Below, piece by piece: positions 31,059 through 40,223 of a DNA stretch of 64,000 bases. The stretch covers positions 5,380-69,379 of the forward strand of contig DASVBU010000007.1 of assembly GCA_036375695.1 (NCBI GenBank). Reading direction: 5' to 3'. Source of the DNA: Acidimicrobiia bacterium (GTDB lineage: Bacteria; Actinomycetota; Acidimicrobiia; Spongiisociales; ZC4RG35). A program made the translations under genes and the position numbers. The stretch's first letter is position 1; each line of letters opens with the position of its first letter. The notes below the pieces were generated by a model that was not told where the DNA came from, ran no database searches, and saw nothing but the letters and a program-made list of their open reading frames with translations.

Positions 31059-31634
31059 ATGGTCGACCTGATCTACACCGCCTTCACGTCCATCGACGGA
31101 GTGGTCGAGGCTCCGGGTGGTGAGCCCGGATACCGCAACAGCGGCTGGACCTTCGAGGGGATCGAGTTCGTGCCCGAGGCGTACGAGTTGAAGGGGCGGG
31201 AGCAGGAGGAGGCTGGGGCGCTGATGATGGGACGGGTCAGCTACGAGGCCTTCAGCCCGGTCTGGCCGTCGATCGAGGAGTTCCCCCGCTACAACGCCAT
31301 GCCCAAGTTCGTCGTCTCGACCACCCTCCGGGAGGAGGAGCTGGTCGACAACTGGGGCGAGATCACCATCCTCCGCTCCCTGGACGACGTGGCACGGGTC
31401 AAGGAGGAGTTCCAGGGTGGTCCGATCTCCATCCACGGGTCGGCCACGCTGGCCAGGAGCCTCGGAGACGCCGGCCTCATCGACCGCTACCACCTGCTCG
31501 TCTTCCCCGTGGTACTCGGCGCAGGGAAGCGGATGTGGAGCGACACGGACAAGGACAAGCAGCCGCTTCGTCTCCTCGAGAGCGAGTGCTACTCGAACGG
31601 GATCCAGAAACTGGTCTACGAGGTGGTCCGCTGA
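31059..31634 (+). CDS. Dihydrofolate reductase-like / RibD C-terminal domain protein
   Basis: 191 aa. 'LIYTAFTSIDGVVEAP..MGRVSYEAF' and 'ISIHGSATLARSL...YHLLVFPVVLGAGKRMW' are the RibD_C/YwjB pattern. GAGAGGAGAGG is the RBS. Confidence 0.6.
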   Translation: MVDLIYTAFTSIDGVVEAPGGEPGYRNSGWTFEGIEFVPEAYELKGREQEEAGALMMGRVSYEAFSPVWPSIEEFPRYNAMPKFVVSTTLREEELVDNWGEITILRSLDDVARVKEEFQGGPISIHGSATLARSLGDAGLIDRYHLLVFPVVLGAGKRMWSDTDKDKQPLRLLESECYSNGIQKLVYEVVR

Positions 31635-33361
31635 CCGCGGCTCCGAACGAACCCTGGTGGAAACGTGCCGTCGTCTACCAGGTGTACCCGCGCTCGTTCC
31701 AGGACTCGGATGGCGATGGCGTCGGGGACCTGAAGGGCATCCTCCAACGGGTCGACTACCTCGCCGAGTTGGGTGTGGACGTGGTGTGGCTGTCTCCCGT
31801 CTACCGCAGTCCCCATGACGACGCCGGGTACGACATCTCCGACTATCGGGACATCGACCCCATTTTCGGCACGATGGCCGACCTCGATCGGCTCCTCGAG
31901 GCCCTCCACGAGCGTGGCATCAAGCTGATCATGGACCTGGTGGTGAACCACACCAGCGACGAGCACCCGTGGTTCGTCGAGTCCCGCTCCTCGAGGGACA
32001 ACCCGAAGCGCGACTGGTACTGGTGGCGACCGGCTCGGGAGGGCATGGAGCCGGGAACACCCGGCGCGGAGCCGACGAACTGGGGGTCGTTCTTCGGCGT
32101 GCCGGCGTGGGAGTTCGACCCCCACACCGGCGAGTACTACCTGCATCTGTTCAGCCGCAAGCAGCCCGACCTGAACTGGGAAAACCCCGAGGTGCGACGG
32201 GCGGTGTACGACATGATGCGCTGGTGGCTCGATCGGGGAGTGGACGGCTTCCGGATGGACGTGATCAACTTCATCTCCAAAGACGTCCGGCCCGACGGGT
32301 CCCTACCGGATGTGCCCCCGGAGGGGACGATCTACGGCGGGCCGGCCACGGCGACGATCAACGGCCCCAGGATCCACGAGTTCCTCCAGGAGATGCACCG
32401 GGAGGTGTTCCACGGTCGTCGCGACGGGCTACTCCTCGTCGGCGAGACTCCAGGGGCGACGGTGGAGCACGGCAGGCTTTACACCGACCCCGCCCGCCAC
32501 GAGCTCGACATGATCTTCACCTTCGAGCACATGATGCTGGACCACGGCCCGGACGGGCATTTCGAGCGCATCCCGCTCCGACTCGCCGACCTCAAGGCGA
32601 CCATGACCCGGTGGCAAACCGGTCTGGCGGAGGTGGGCTGGAACGCCCTCTACTGGGACAACCACGACCAGCCTCGCATCGTCTCCCGTTGGGGTGACGA
32701 CGGCCCCTACCGGCGTCAGTCGGCGGCGATGCTCGCCATCATCCTCCACCTCCATCGGGGCACCCCCTTCGTCTACCAGGGCGAGGAGTTGGGGATGACC
32801 AACGCCCGGTTCACCTCGTTCGAGCAGTACCGGGACATCGAGACCCTCAACTTCGTCGCCTTCGAGCGACGACGCGGAGTGCTCAGCGACGAGCAACTGC
32901 TCGCCTGGCTGGCAAACAGCAGCCGGGACAACGCCCGCACCCCGATGCAATGGGATGCCTCGCCCAACGCCGGCTTCACCACCGCACGGCCCTGGATCGA
33001 GGTCAACCCCAACCATGAGCACGTCAACGCCGAGGCGGAGATGGCCGACCCAGACTCCGTCTTCCACACCTACAGGCGGCTCATCTCCTTGCGTCACGAG
33101 GATCCGGTGGTCCAACAGGGCGAGTTCCAACCGCTGCTGGAGGATCACCCTCATGTCTACGCGTTCACCCGCACCATGGGGGCAGAGCAGTTGCTGGTGC
33201 TGGGCAACTTCTCGGGTGACGAGCAGTTCGCCGCCGTAGGTCCGGACTGGGTGGGCTCCCAGCTGGTCCTGGGCAACTACCGGCCGGCGGCCGAGCCACG
33301 GGATGAGGGCGTGACGCTGCGACCGTGGGAGGGATTGGTCCTGCGTCGACAGCTCGGATGA
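31586..33361 (+). CDS. GH13 alpha-glucosidase / oligo-1,6-glucosidase
   Basis: 'WWKRAVVYQVYPRSFQDSDGDGVGDLKGI', 'GVDVVWLSPVY', 'DLVVNHTSDEHPWF', 'GVDGFRMDVINFISK' and 'GETPG' are the GH13 conserved regions. The start is uncertain: no in-frame ATG lies after the upstream stop, so GTG 31586 or CTG 31631 are the candidates. Confidence 0.8.
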   Translation: MLLERDPETGLRGGPLTAAPNEPWWKRAVVYQVYPRSFQDSDGDGVGDLKGILQRVDYLAELGVDVVWLSPVYRSPHDDAGYDISDYRDIDPIFGTMADLDRLLEALHERGIKLIMDLVVNHTSDEHPWFVESRSSRDNPKRDWYWWRPAREGMEPGTPGAEPTNWGSFFGVPAWEFDPHTGEYYLHLFSRKQPDLNWENPEVRRAVYDMMRWWLDRGVDGFRMDVINFISKDVRPDGSLPDVPPEGTIYGGPATATINGPRIHEFLQEMHREVFHGRRDGLLLVGETPGATVEHGRLYTDPARHELDMIFTFEHMMLDHGPDGHFERIPLRLADLKATMTRWQTGLAEVGWNALYWDNHDQPRIVSRWGDDGPYRRQSAAMLAIILHLHRGTPFVYQGEELGMTNARFTSFEQYRDIETLNFVAFERRRGVLSDEQLLAWLANSSRDNARTPMQWDASPNAGFTTARPWIEVNPNHEHVNAEAEMADPDSVFHTYRRLISLRHEDPVVQQGEFQPLLEDHPHVYAFTRTMGAEQLLVLGNFSGDEQFAAVGPDWVGSQLVLGNYRPAAEPRDEGVTLRPWEGLVLRRQLG

Positions 33362-33364
33362 CGG

Positions 33365-33437
33365 TGGAGACGATGGGATTCGAACCCACGACCCCCGGCT
33401 TGCAAAGCCGGTGCTCTTCCAGCTGAGCTACGTCCCC
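33365..33437 (-). tRNA. tRNA-Ala (anticodon TGC)
   Basis: Reverse complement GGGGACGTAGCTCAGCTGGAAGAGCACCGGCTTTGCAAGCCGGGGGTCGTGGGTTCGAATCCCATCGTCTCCA. The G3:U70 identity pair is present. Confidence 0.85.
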
Positions 33438-33557
33438 TTGCGACCCCAATGGTACCGGGGGTCCTGTTTGGGGAAACGCGACCGGGTCGGCCCTCCCGAC
33501 CGGGCAGCCGGCGGGGTCCTGCAGCGGATCATCGAGGCGGGTCTGTAGGCTCCCGTC

Positions 33558-33998
33558 GTGCTCCGGGTGATCCTCAACATCATCTGGCTCCTGTTCGCCG
33601 GGATCGAGCTCGCGGTCGTCTACGTCGTGGGCGGGATCATCCTGTGCCTCACCGTCGTCGGTGTCCCCTTCGGGATCCAACTCTTCAAGCTCGCCGGGTT
33701 CGCCGTGTGGCCGTTCGGGAGGGCTGTGGTGCCGGCGCCGGACTCGAACGCCGCGGTCTCGGCGATCTTCAACATCCTCTGGCTCGTCTTCGTCGGCTGG
33801 TGGCTGGCCCTGCTCCACATCGTGTTCGGGTTGGTCCTGTGCATCACGATCATCGGCATCCCTCTGGGGATCGCCGTCCTCAAGATGACCGGTCTCGCCC
33901 TGTGGCCGTTCGGCCGGACCGTCGTCTTCGTGGACGACGACACACGACTCCCGCCCGGCTCGTACGCGGTGGGGACGCGGCTCGCCCAACCCGCCTGA
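33558..33998 (+). CDS. YccF-like inner membrane protein (DUF307), internally duplicated
   Basis: 146 aa built from two homologous halves, 'LNIIWLLFAGIELAVVYVVGGIILCLTVVGVPFGIQLFKLAGFAVWPFGR' and 'FNILWLVFVGWWLALLHIVFGLVLCITIIGIPLGIAVLKMTGLALWPFGR'. Confidence 0.65.
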   Translation: MLRVILNIIWLLFAGIELAVVYVVGGIILCLTVVGVPFGIQLFKLAGFAVWPFGRAVVPAPDSNAAVSAIFNILWLVFVGWWLALLHIVFGLVLCITIIGIPLGIAVLKMTGLALWPFGRTVVFVDDDTRLPPGSYAVGTRLAQPA

Positions 33999-34043
33999 CC
34001 GTCTTGGGCTTGTCCCGGCAGCCGCTCTAGGGTCGTTGGCACC

Positions 34044-34481
34044 ATGCCAGAGCAGGAGAAGGTCTACGACTCCCCATCATCATGGGTCGCCGACCACATC
34101 CGCGACTACGTGGAGACGGGCGGCGAGAAGGGTCACGAATGGCGCCCCGGCGTGCCATCGCTCCTCTTGACCACCCGAGGCCGCAGGACCGGCAAACTGC
34201 GTCGCTCGGCTCTCATATACGGGCGGATGGGCGACGCCTACGTGGTCGTCGCCTCCAAGGGCGGCGCCCCCACCCACCCCATGTGGTACCTCAACCTCAA
34301 GGCCAACCCGGACGTCGAGGTGCAAGTCGGCTCCGAGGTGTTCCAGGCCACCGCCCGGGATGCGACCGAGGACGAACGGCCCTTCCTCTGGGAGCAGATG
34401 GTGTCGATCTGGCCGGCCTACGACGACTACCAGGAGAGGACCACGCGTCGCATCCCGCTCCTTGTGATCGAACCCAAATAG
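34044..34481 (+). CDS. Deazaflavin(F420)-dependent nitroreductase-family protein (Ddn-like, PNPOx split-barrel)
   Basis: 145 aa. 'LLLTTRGRRTGKLRRSALIYGRMGDAYVVVASKGGAPTHPMWYLNLKANPDVEVQVG' is the DUF385/Ddn family pattern. Confidence 0.65.
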   Translation: MPEQEKVYDSPSSWVADHIRDYVETGGEKGHEWRPGVPSLLLTTRGRRTGKLRRSALIYGRMGDAYVVVASKGGAPTHPMWYLNLKANPDVEVQVGSEVFQATARDATEDERPFLWEQMVSIWPAYDDYQERTTRRIPLLVIEPK

Positions 34482-34543
34482 CCGACTTGATAGGCTGGCG
34501 ACCGCCGTCAGGGCGACGGCACCAACGAACGGGGGTTCCTCGG

Positions 34544-35056
34544 GTGAAGCACGCTTTCAGACTCCTCTGCCTCGTGGTGGCGATGGCGGTCCTCGCCGCC
34601 TGTGGTGGCGGTTCGGCAGCAACCACTACCACCGGGCCCGACGAAGCGACGACCACTACCGTCGACGACGACACCACCACGACCTCCGACGATGGCGAGG
34701 GTGGCACCGGCACCCCCGACCTCACCGTCTGTGGCGGCAGCGACGCCATGAACGAGGCGATGGCGGGGTACGACCAGGCGTTGAGCGGCGCCGAGATCGA
34801 CTTCGAAGAGGCGATCGCCCAGCTGCACGCAGCGGCCGACGCCGCACCCAACGAGATCCGCGAGGACTTCCAGATCGTGGCCGACGAGCTGGAGAAGATC
34901 CTCCTCGGCCTCGCCGAGATCAACCTCGAGCCCGGGGCCACACCGACCGAGGAGCAGCTCGAGGCACTCATGGAGCTCGGTGAGTCAATGGATGAGGAGC
35001 GCTTCAACGCCGCGGCGACCCGACTCGAGGAGTGGTTCGTGGAGAACTGCAGCTAG
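34544..35056 (+). CDS. Lipoprotein, hypothetical
   Basis: A GTG start followed by the signal peptide 'VKHAFRLLCLVVAMAVLAACGG' with lipobox LAAC, then a Thr/Asp-rich linker and an acidic helical domain. Confidence 0.5.
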   Translation: MKHAFRLLCLVVAMAVLAACGGGSAATTTTGPDEATTTTVDDDTTTTSDDGEGGTGTPDLTVCGGSDAMNEAMAGYDQALSGAEIDFEEAIAQLHAAADAAPNEIREDFQIVADELEKILLGLAEINLEPGATPTEEQLEALMELGESMDEERFNAAATRLEEWFVENCS

Positions 35057-35110
35057 AGGACAGCATCTTTCCGGGTCTCCCGCCAGACTCGGTCACATGA
35101 TGGGTCTGCT

Positions 35111-35719
35111 GTGGGGTCGGTCGTGACCGACGAGCTGAGGATCGTCCCCGCCAACCAGGCCGCCTGTGGCGACCTCCAGGTCGTGTTCGGTGAGCGCGGC
35201 ACCGGCCACGTCTGCCAATGCCAGCGGTACAAGCTCGAGCCGGGCGAGTCGTTCGGATCGGTCCCGGTCGAGGAGCGGATGCTCCGGCTATGGGACCAGA
35301 CCGACTGCGGCAACCCGGGTTCCGACCGCACCACCGGCCTGGTCGGGTACGTGGGTGACGAGCCGGTGGCATGGTGTGCCGTCGAGCCGCGTTCCGACTA
35401 CCCCGGTCTGGTCCGTGTGTTCAGGGTTCCCTGGGAGGGTCGGGACGAGGACAAGGCCGACCCGACCGTGTGGGCGATCACATGTCTTTTCACCCGTGCC
35501 GGGCACCGCAAGCGTGGCTACAGCAAGGAGATGGCCAAGGCAGCGGTGGAGTTCGCCCGCAGCCGGGGCGCCCGGGCGGTCGAGGCGTACCCGATCACGA
35601 CCAAGAACGTGATCCCCGAGGAGTTGCACGCGGGGACGCCGGACACCTTCGCCGCCGCCGGTCTCGCCGAGGTCAGCCGGCCCACCAAGCGGCGAATGGT
35701 GATGCGTCGCGACTTCTGA
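35111..35719 (+). CDS. GNAT-like acetyltransferase (paralog of 59115..59849)
   Basis: 202 aa. 'VWAITCLFTRAGHRKRGYSKEMAKAAVEFARSRGARAVEAYPI' resembles GNAT motif A/B. It shares the 'WC(A/N)...FPG...GYP' blocks with the gene at 59115. Confidence 0.45.
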   Translation: MGSVVTDELRIVPANQAACGDLQVVFGERGTGHVCQCQRYKLEPGESFGSVPVEERMLRLWDQTDCGNPGSDRTTGLVGYVGDEPVAWCAVEPRSDYPGLVRVFRVPWEGRDEDKADPTVWAITCLFTRAGHRKRGYSKEMAKAAVEFARSRGARAVEAYPITTKNVIPEELHAGTPDTFAAAGLAEVSRPTKRRMVMRRDF

Positions 35720-35722
35720 GCT

Positions 35723-36928
35723 TCAAGCAGGTGCCGCGGAGCGGGCTGCCTCGATCGTCCGGTTGGAGATGATCCGCCACGTCAGGAGCATGGACAGGAG
35801 CGTTCCGGCGGCGGCTAGGTAGAACGGCGCCTGCAGGCCGAGTGCCGAGGCGATCAACCCGCCCATGAGTGCGCCCAGGGGCTGGAACCCCCAGGCCAAT
35901 GTTCGTGTGGCTCCGGCGACGCGGCCCCGCAATGCATCGGGGGTGAGGCTCTGTCGCAACGAGACGGCGACGACGTTCCAGACCGCCGTGCAGGCGGAGA
36001 AGAGGAAGAGGACTACGCCCGCCGGCGCCGGGGCGGTCAATTGTGACATCACGATGAAGGCGATCCCCTGGATCCACAGGGTGGTCCGGATGGCATTCCC
36101 GGGTCCGAGCATCCGCACCACCCTGGGCGCGATCACGGCACCGGTGAGGCCACCGACGCCCAGCAGGGAGAGGAGCACCCCGTACCCGACATCGGAGACG
36201 CCGAGTCGCTCCTGTGCGAACAGGACGAAGATGGCGATGATCGCGAACGTCAGCATGTTGGTGCTCCCCGCCAGGAAGGCGAGGGTGCGCACCACCTTCT
36301 GAGCCCACAGCCACCGCATCCCGGAGGCCACGTTCTTCAGCATCGGGCCGACCTCGGCATCCGCGGTGCGGAAGGTGCCGGGCACCGCCAGCACGAAGAG
36401 GGCAGCGGCCAGCACCAATCCACCGTTGACGAAGAACGGGGCCGCGGCGGCGACCGTGAAGAGGAAGGCGCCCACGGGCGGGCCGATGAAGGCGTTGCCC
36501 ACGAACTCGACCCCCTGGAGGCGGGCGTTGGCCGACGGCAACTGGTCGGGACCGACGAGACTGGGCATGATCGCCTCCGAGGACGTGTCGAAGAAGGTCT
36601 CCGCCAAACCGAAGCCGAAGGCGAGGACGTAGAGGAGGCTGAGCCCGGCCGTGTCGGTCGCCACCGCCAGGGCGAGAAGGGTGATCCCGGCGGCACGGAG
36701 CAGGTCGGTCACCACCATCACCTTCTTGCGGTCCATGCGGTCGACCAGAGCCCCCGATACCAGGCCGAACAACAGCCACGGGATGCGGCCCGCCAGGGTG
36801 ACGCCGGAAACGAGGAGGGGGTCGCGGGTGATCGACGCCACGAGAAGCGGCAGAGCGGCACCGAATATCCCGTCGCCGAGGTTGGACACCCCCGCGGCGG
36901 CCCATACCCGGTTGAACCCAGGAGTCAT
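35723..36928 (-). CDS. MFS transporter
   Basis: 401 aa with 12 TMs and the MFS motif 'GALVDRMDRKKVMVV'. Confidence 0.75.
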   Translation of the reverse strand: MTPGFNRVWAAAGVSNLGDGIFGAALPLLVASITRDPLLVSGVTLAGRIPWLLFGLVSGALVDRMDRKKVMVVTDLLRAAGITLLALAVATDTAGLSLLYVLAFGFGLAETFFDTSSEAIMPSLVGPDQLPSANARLQGVEFVGNAFIGPPVGAFLFTVAAAAPFFVNGGLVLAAALFVLAVPGTFRTADAEVGPMLKNVASGMRWLWAQKVVRTLAFLAGSTNMLTFAIIAIFVLFAQERLGVSDVGYGVLLSLLGVGGLTGAVIAPRVVRMLGPGNAIRTTLWIQGIAFIVMSQLTAPAPAGVVLFLFSACTAVWNVVAVSLRQSLTPDALRGRVAGATRTLAWGFQPLGALMGGLIASALGLQAPFYLAAAGTLLSMLLTWRIISNRTIEAARSAAPA

Positions 36929-36968
36929 GAGGACCTCCGCGTAACGGATCCGATCCTATTTGCCCGTC

Positions 36969-37445
36969 CTAGGGCTGCTCTTCGGGGACGCTGATCTCCG
37001 CCACCTGGGCCTCGAGATGCTCGGCCAGGGCATGTGGCGAGAGATGGACGTTGACGCCATGGGCCCCACCACCGATGGCGACCACGGGTTGCCCCAAGGC
37101 GGACGAGTCGATGATCACGGGTAGGGATCTCCGGGCCCCGAACGGGGTGATGGCCCCACGCTCGTACCCGGTGACCTCCTTGGCCTCCTCGGCATCGGGC
37201 ATGGTCATCCGTCGCACGCCGAGGAGGTCACGGAGCTTGGCCCAGTCGAACTTCCGCCCACCGGGCACCAGCACGAACAGGTAGTCGTCCTCACCGCGCC
37301 GCACCACCAGCGTTCGGAGTAGCGCGCCGAGGGGAATGCCCTGGAACCGGGCGCTCTCCTCGGCGCTGCGAGCGCGCTCGGTGCGGACTACCCGATACTC
37401 GAGGTCGGTCTCGGCGAGAGCCCTGAGTGCCGGAGTGTCGGTCAT
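36969..37445 (-). CDS. YbaK/EbsC-family aminoacyl-tRNA deacylase
   Basis: 158 aa from ATG 37445. 'GALLRTLVV...YLFVLVPGGRKFDWAKL...EVTGYERGAITPFG' is the YbaK/ProX editing-domain pattern. Confidence 0.7.
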   Translation of the reverse strand: MTDTPALRALAETDLEYRVVRTERARSAEESARFQGIPLGALLRTLVVRRGEDDYLFVLVPGGRKFDWAKLRDLLGVRRMTMPDAEEAKEVTGYERGAITPFGARRSLPVIIDSSALGQPVVAIGGGAHGVNVHLSPHALAEHLEAQVAEISVPEEQP

Positions 37446-37590
37446 GATCCGGACGATAGGTGTCGAAGACGGAGCCTCCGGTGGATATGACAACGCTGGG
37501 ATACTTCGACCGGGTCACGATGGTCAGATGTTCGGAATGAGTCGCGTGCTCGAACCATGGCCGAGATGGGCGAGTCGTCCGATCGGGAGG

Positions 37591-37851
37591 GTGATCCTGA
37601 TTGCCGGCGGGACTCTCGGATGCATCATCGGCTTCTTGATGCTGGCGTTCGCCTTTGCCGCCATGCAGTGGCTGGAGCAGTTCAGTTCCGAACCGGTCCG
37701 ACTCGGGCGGGACGAAGTTCTCTTCGTCTTCTGTGGGTTCGGAATGATCGGTGGATCAGTGTGGGCAGCGAGGCGACCGAGTCGTGCGTCGTTCTCTGCC
37801 CTGGCCGTCGTGATCGTGACGATCATCCTCGTCGCGCTCGAGGTCCTCTGA
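37591..37851 (+). CDS. Small hypothetical membrane protein
   Basis: A GTG start follows a GGGAGG RBS. The 86 aa include three hydrophobic helices. Low confidence. Confidence 0.3.
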   Translation: MILIAGGTLGCIIGFLMLAFAFAAMQWLEQFSSEPVRLGRDEVLFVFCGFGMIGGSVWAARRPSRASFSALAVVIVTIILVALEVL

Positions 37852-37916
37852 TCCGGCCGACCCGACATCCGCGCTTTCACGTCCGGGCGGCCTCGCCTTA
37901 GAATCTCGTCTCCCGA

Positions 37917-37991
37917 GGGCCCATAGCTCAGTCCGGTTAGAGCGCATCCCTGATAAGGATGAGGTCCGTGGTTCAAGTCCACGTGGGCCCA
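37917..37991 (+). tRNA. tRNA-Ile (anticodon GAT)
   Basis: GGGCCCATAGCTCAGTCCGGTTAGAGCGCATCCCTGATAAGGATGAGGTCCGTGGTTCAAGTCCACGTGGGCCCA. A TAGAAT -10 element lies about 15 nt upstream. Confidence 0.9.
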
Positions 37992-38022
37992 CTCACTTTT
38001 CCCAATCACTAGTTGACATTCG

Positions 38023-38634
38023 TCAACTTAGGGCCGGGAGATCTGAGACTGTCTGAACCGCCATGTACAGCTCTCCATGGGGCGAGAGCGGGGCACGAGC
38101 GCCTGGCATCAGCTGGGAGTCCACGAGCGCACGGTGATATGTTCCTCTTGTGCAATCCGTCGCAAGCGACCCTGATCCTGTCGCGGCTGAGCTCGAGCGA
38201 GGGATCGACGTAGTTCGGCGTCTTGTCGGGACACGGCTTGACACGCTCTCATTGGCCAAGCTCGATCCCCGGTATGCGCGATTCCTCGCGCAGAAAGTCT
38301 CCACGCTTTCACCGCTCATCGCGGCCTTGGTAGAGATTCGGATGACGAGGGGGCCACCCCGGAGGGAGAGTGCGATGACTCCGTCGACGATGACGAAGGC
38401 CAGGCTTCCCAGCCTCCGGGCGTCCCGGGCCGCCCACAGGGTGACTCCCACCCAGAGCGTGGCGACCACCGCCGCACCGGCCAGGACGACGCGATTCCCC
38501 GGCTGGCCCGCGGCGAAGATGACCGAGATCTGGATCATCAGCCAGATCCAGACCAGGACCTGGTACGTGGCCACCACCCGGCGCAAGGTGTCGCCTACAG
38601 GAACCACCGCCCGAGAACCGGACAAGCCGGTCAT
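38023..38634 (-). CDS. Hypothetical membrane protein (uncertain; an alternative plus-strand ORF 38150..38707 exists)
   Basis: The N-terminal half has 3 TM-like helices and no motif. I cannot discriminate the coding strand by eye. Confidence 0.3.
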   Translation of the reverse strand: MTGLSGSRAVVPVGDTLRRVVATYQVLVWIWLMIQISVIFAAGQPGNRVVLAGAAVVATLWVGVTLWAARDARRLGSLAFVIVDGVIALSLRGGPLVIRISTKAAMSGESVETFCARNRAYRGSSLANESVSSRVPTRRRTTSIPRSSSAATGSGSLATDCTRGTYHRALVDSQLMPGARAPLSPHGELYMAVQTVSDLPALS

Positions 38635-38717
38635 GGCGGGAAGCTACTCGCGGGCTCCCACTGCGTGCCCGCGGAAATCCGGGACGGACAGGAGGCCGAC
38701 CCGCTAGAAACGGGTCC

Positions 38718-39245
38718 TTGTCCGACCTGCACCTGCGTCCGATCGAGCCCGAGGATGTGGCGACCATCGCCGCCTTCTTGGCGCATCCGTCCCTGGATGG
38801 ACGTCGGGGTCTGGATCGTGAGCGAACGAATCAGTCATCGGCCTCCCTGACCAAGGCGATCGAGGGGATGATCGAGCCCGAGTTGGGTGCGACCTGGGTG
38901 GCCGAGGCCGACGGCGTGGTCGGCGTCGTCCGGGCCGACTGGTGGTGGGATGCGCTCAGCCCCTGGATCCATGTTGTCATCGACCCGCAGCACCAGCGGC
39001 AGGGACACGGCACCGGAGCGGTCCGTCAGGCACTGGATCACCTCTTCCTGAACACGCCGGCGATGGTCATCCAGGGAGGCGTCCCCAGCTGGGACGAAGC
39101 CGGCCTGGCCTTCGCCGCCGCGCTGGGAGCTCTCGAGGTCGGTAGGAAGCGACGCGCCGGGGTCAGGGACGGCGTCTACTTCGACCAGGTCGAGTTCGTC
39201 GTCCAGCGTGTCGACTGGGAGGGTGATCGTGCCGCTCGAAGGTGA
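38718..39245 (+). CDS. GNAT-family N-acetyltransferase
   Basis: 175 aa. 'LRPIEPEDVATIAAFL' and 'IDPQHQRQGHGTGAV' are the Q/RxxGxG/A motif. Confidence 0.65.
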   Translation: MSDLHLRPIEPEDVATIAAFLAHPSLDGRRGLDRERTNQSSASLTKAIEGMIEPELGATWVAEADGVVGVVRADWWWDALSPWIHVVIDPQHQRQGHGTGAVRQALDHLFLNTPAMVIQGGVPSWDEAGLAFAAALGALEVGRKRRAGVRDGVYFDQVEFVVQRVDWEGDRAARR

Positions 39246-39804
39246 CATCGTCAGACTCCGCGAGGTGCGGGAGTCCGACCTGCCACTCTTCGTCGAGCTC
39301 CGCAACGACCTCGAGACCCAGGCCTGGAGCCGGACACTTCCTCCCGACTACACACTGGAGATGATCCGCCGCCGGTACTGGGAGAGGGACTTCTCCTACC
39401 GCAGGACGGATGGGATCTTCATCGTCGAGGTCAAAGAGACCGGCGAGGCGGCCGGGATGATCTCCTATTCCGACCTCGTGGACCGGATGGAGGCCACCTG
39501 GGGCCTGGCGGTCCACAAGCGGTTCTGGGGCACCGGGGTGGCCCACGACGCCGCCGACACCCTGCTCCGATTCCTGTTCCACGAGCTCGGGCTGAGGGTG
39601 GTCCGTCTCTACACCCAGAGCGGCAACGAGCGTGCAGTGGGGGCTTTCGAGAAGCTCGGCTTCAAGGTTGCGACCCGCACCCCGAACGCCATCTTCAAAG
39701 ACGGACGCTACGTCGACAACATCTCCATGGACATCCTCCGGGAGGAGTGGTACGACCTCCACCCCGACCTCGAAGACCTGCTCGACGACCCGTTCGCCCG
39801 CTGA
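39208..39804 (+). CDS. GNAT-family N-acetyltransferase (RimJ/RimL-like)
   Basis: 'VRLREVRESDLPLFVEL' and 'LAVHKRFWGTGVAHDAADTLLRFLFHELGLRVVRLYT'. It has a GTG start and overlaps the upstream GNAT gene. Confidence 0.7.
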   Translation: MSTGRVIVPLEGDIVRLREVRESDLPLFVELRNDLETQAWSRTLPPDYTLEMIRRRYWERDFSYRRTDGIFIVEVKETGEAAGMISYSDLVDRMEATWGLAVHKRFWGTGVAHDAADTLLRFLFHELGLRVVRLYTQSGNERAVGAFEKLGFKVATRTPNAIFKDGRYVDNISMDILREEWYDLHPDLEDLLDDPFAR

Positions 39805-39805
39805 G

Positions 39806-40180
39806 TCAACGACGGTTGGTCGGCGTCGCCTGGTGGAAGACGAGACGCCACCGACCGTCGGACCACTTCTTCCACACCGAGCAACGATTGGCCGCCGTGG
39901 CGTAGTCGATGCCCATCTCGGTCCGGTAGGTGACCAGGGCCACCTCGTCCCCCAGCAGACGCACCTCGAAGTCGGGTAACGGCAGCCGGGCGTCGATGTC
40001 CACCGGCTGGGTGCGAATGATCTGACCGCGAGTCCACACCCGTCCCGACGACCCGAACTCCATGTAGTCGGGCGCGAGCAGCTCTTCCATGTAGGCCTCG
40101 TCGAAGCGGGTCGACGGCTCGTACAACGACTCCTCGAGTTGCTGCAACGTGCGAAGCACCTGGTTGGGACTCTCGAACAT
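39806..40180 (-). CDS. SnoaL-like / NTF2-fold protein (DUF4440-like)
   Basis: 124 aa with the pattern 'LAPDYMEFGSSGRVWTRGQI...DFEVRLLGDEVALVTYR...RCSVWKKWSDGRWRLVFHQ'. Confidence 0.5.
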   Translation of the reverse strand: MFESPNQVLRTLQQLEESLYEPSTRFDEAYMEELLAPDYMEFGSSGRVWTRGQIIRTQPVDIDARLPLPDFEVRLLGDEVALVTYRTEMGIDYATAANRCSVWKKWSDGRWRLVFHQATPTNRR

Positions 40181-40223
40181 GCGGACGACAAGTTAGTGGC
40201 GGTCCCCCGAGGACTAGGTTGAC

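Noticed and set aside
33165-33989. 274-aa Asp/Glu/Arg-rich ORF on the minus strand overlapping tRNA-Ala and the YccF-like gene
   Set aside because: It overlaps a well-formed tRNA, and the plus-strand gene has a clear internally duplicated membrane-protein signature.
37992-38030. Short inverted repeat (agttgac-attc-gtcaact) after tRNA-Ile
   Set aside because: It has only a 7-bp stem and is probably just a terminator or processing hairpin.
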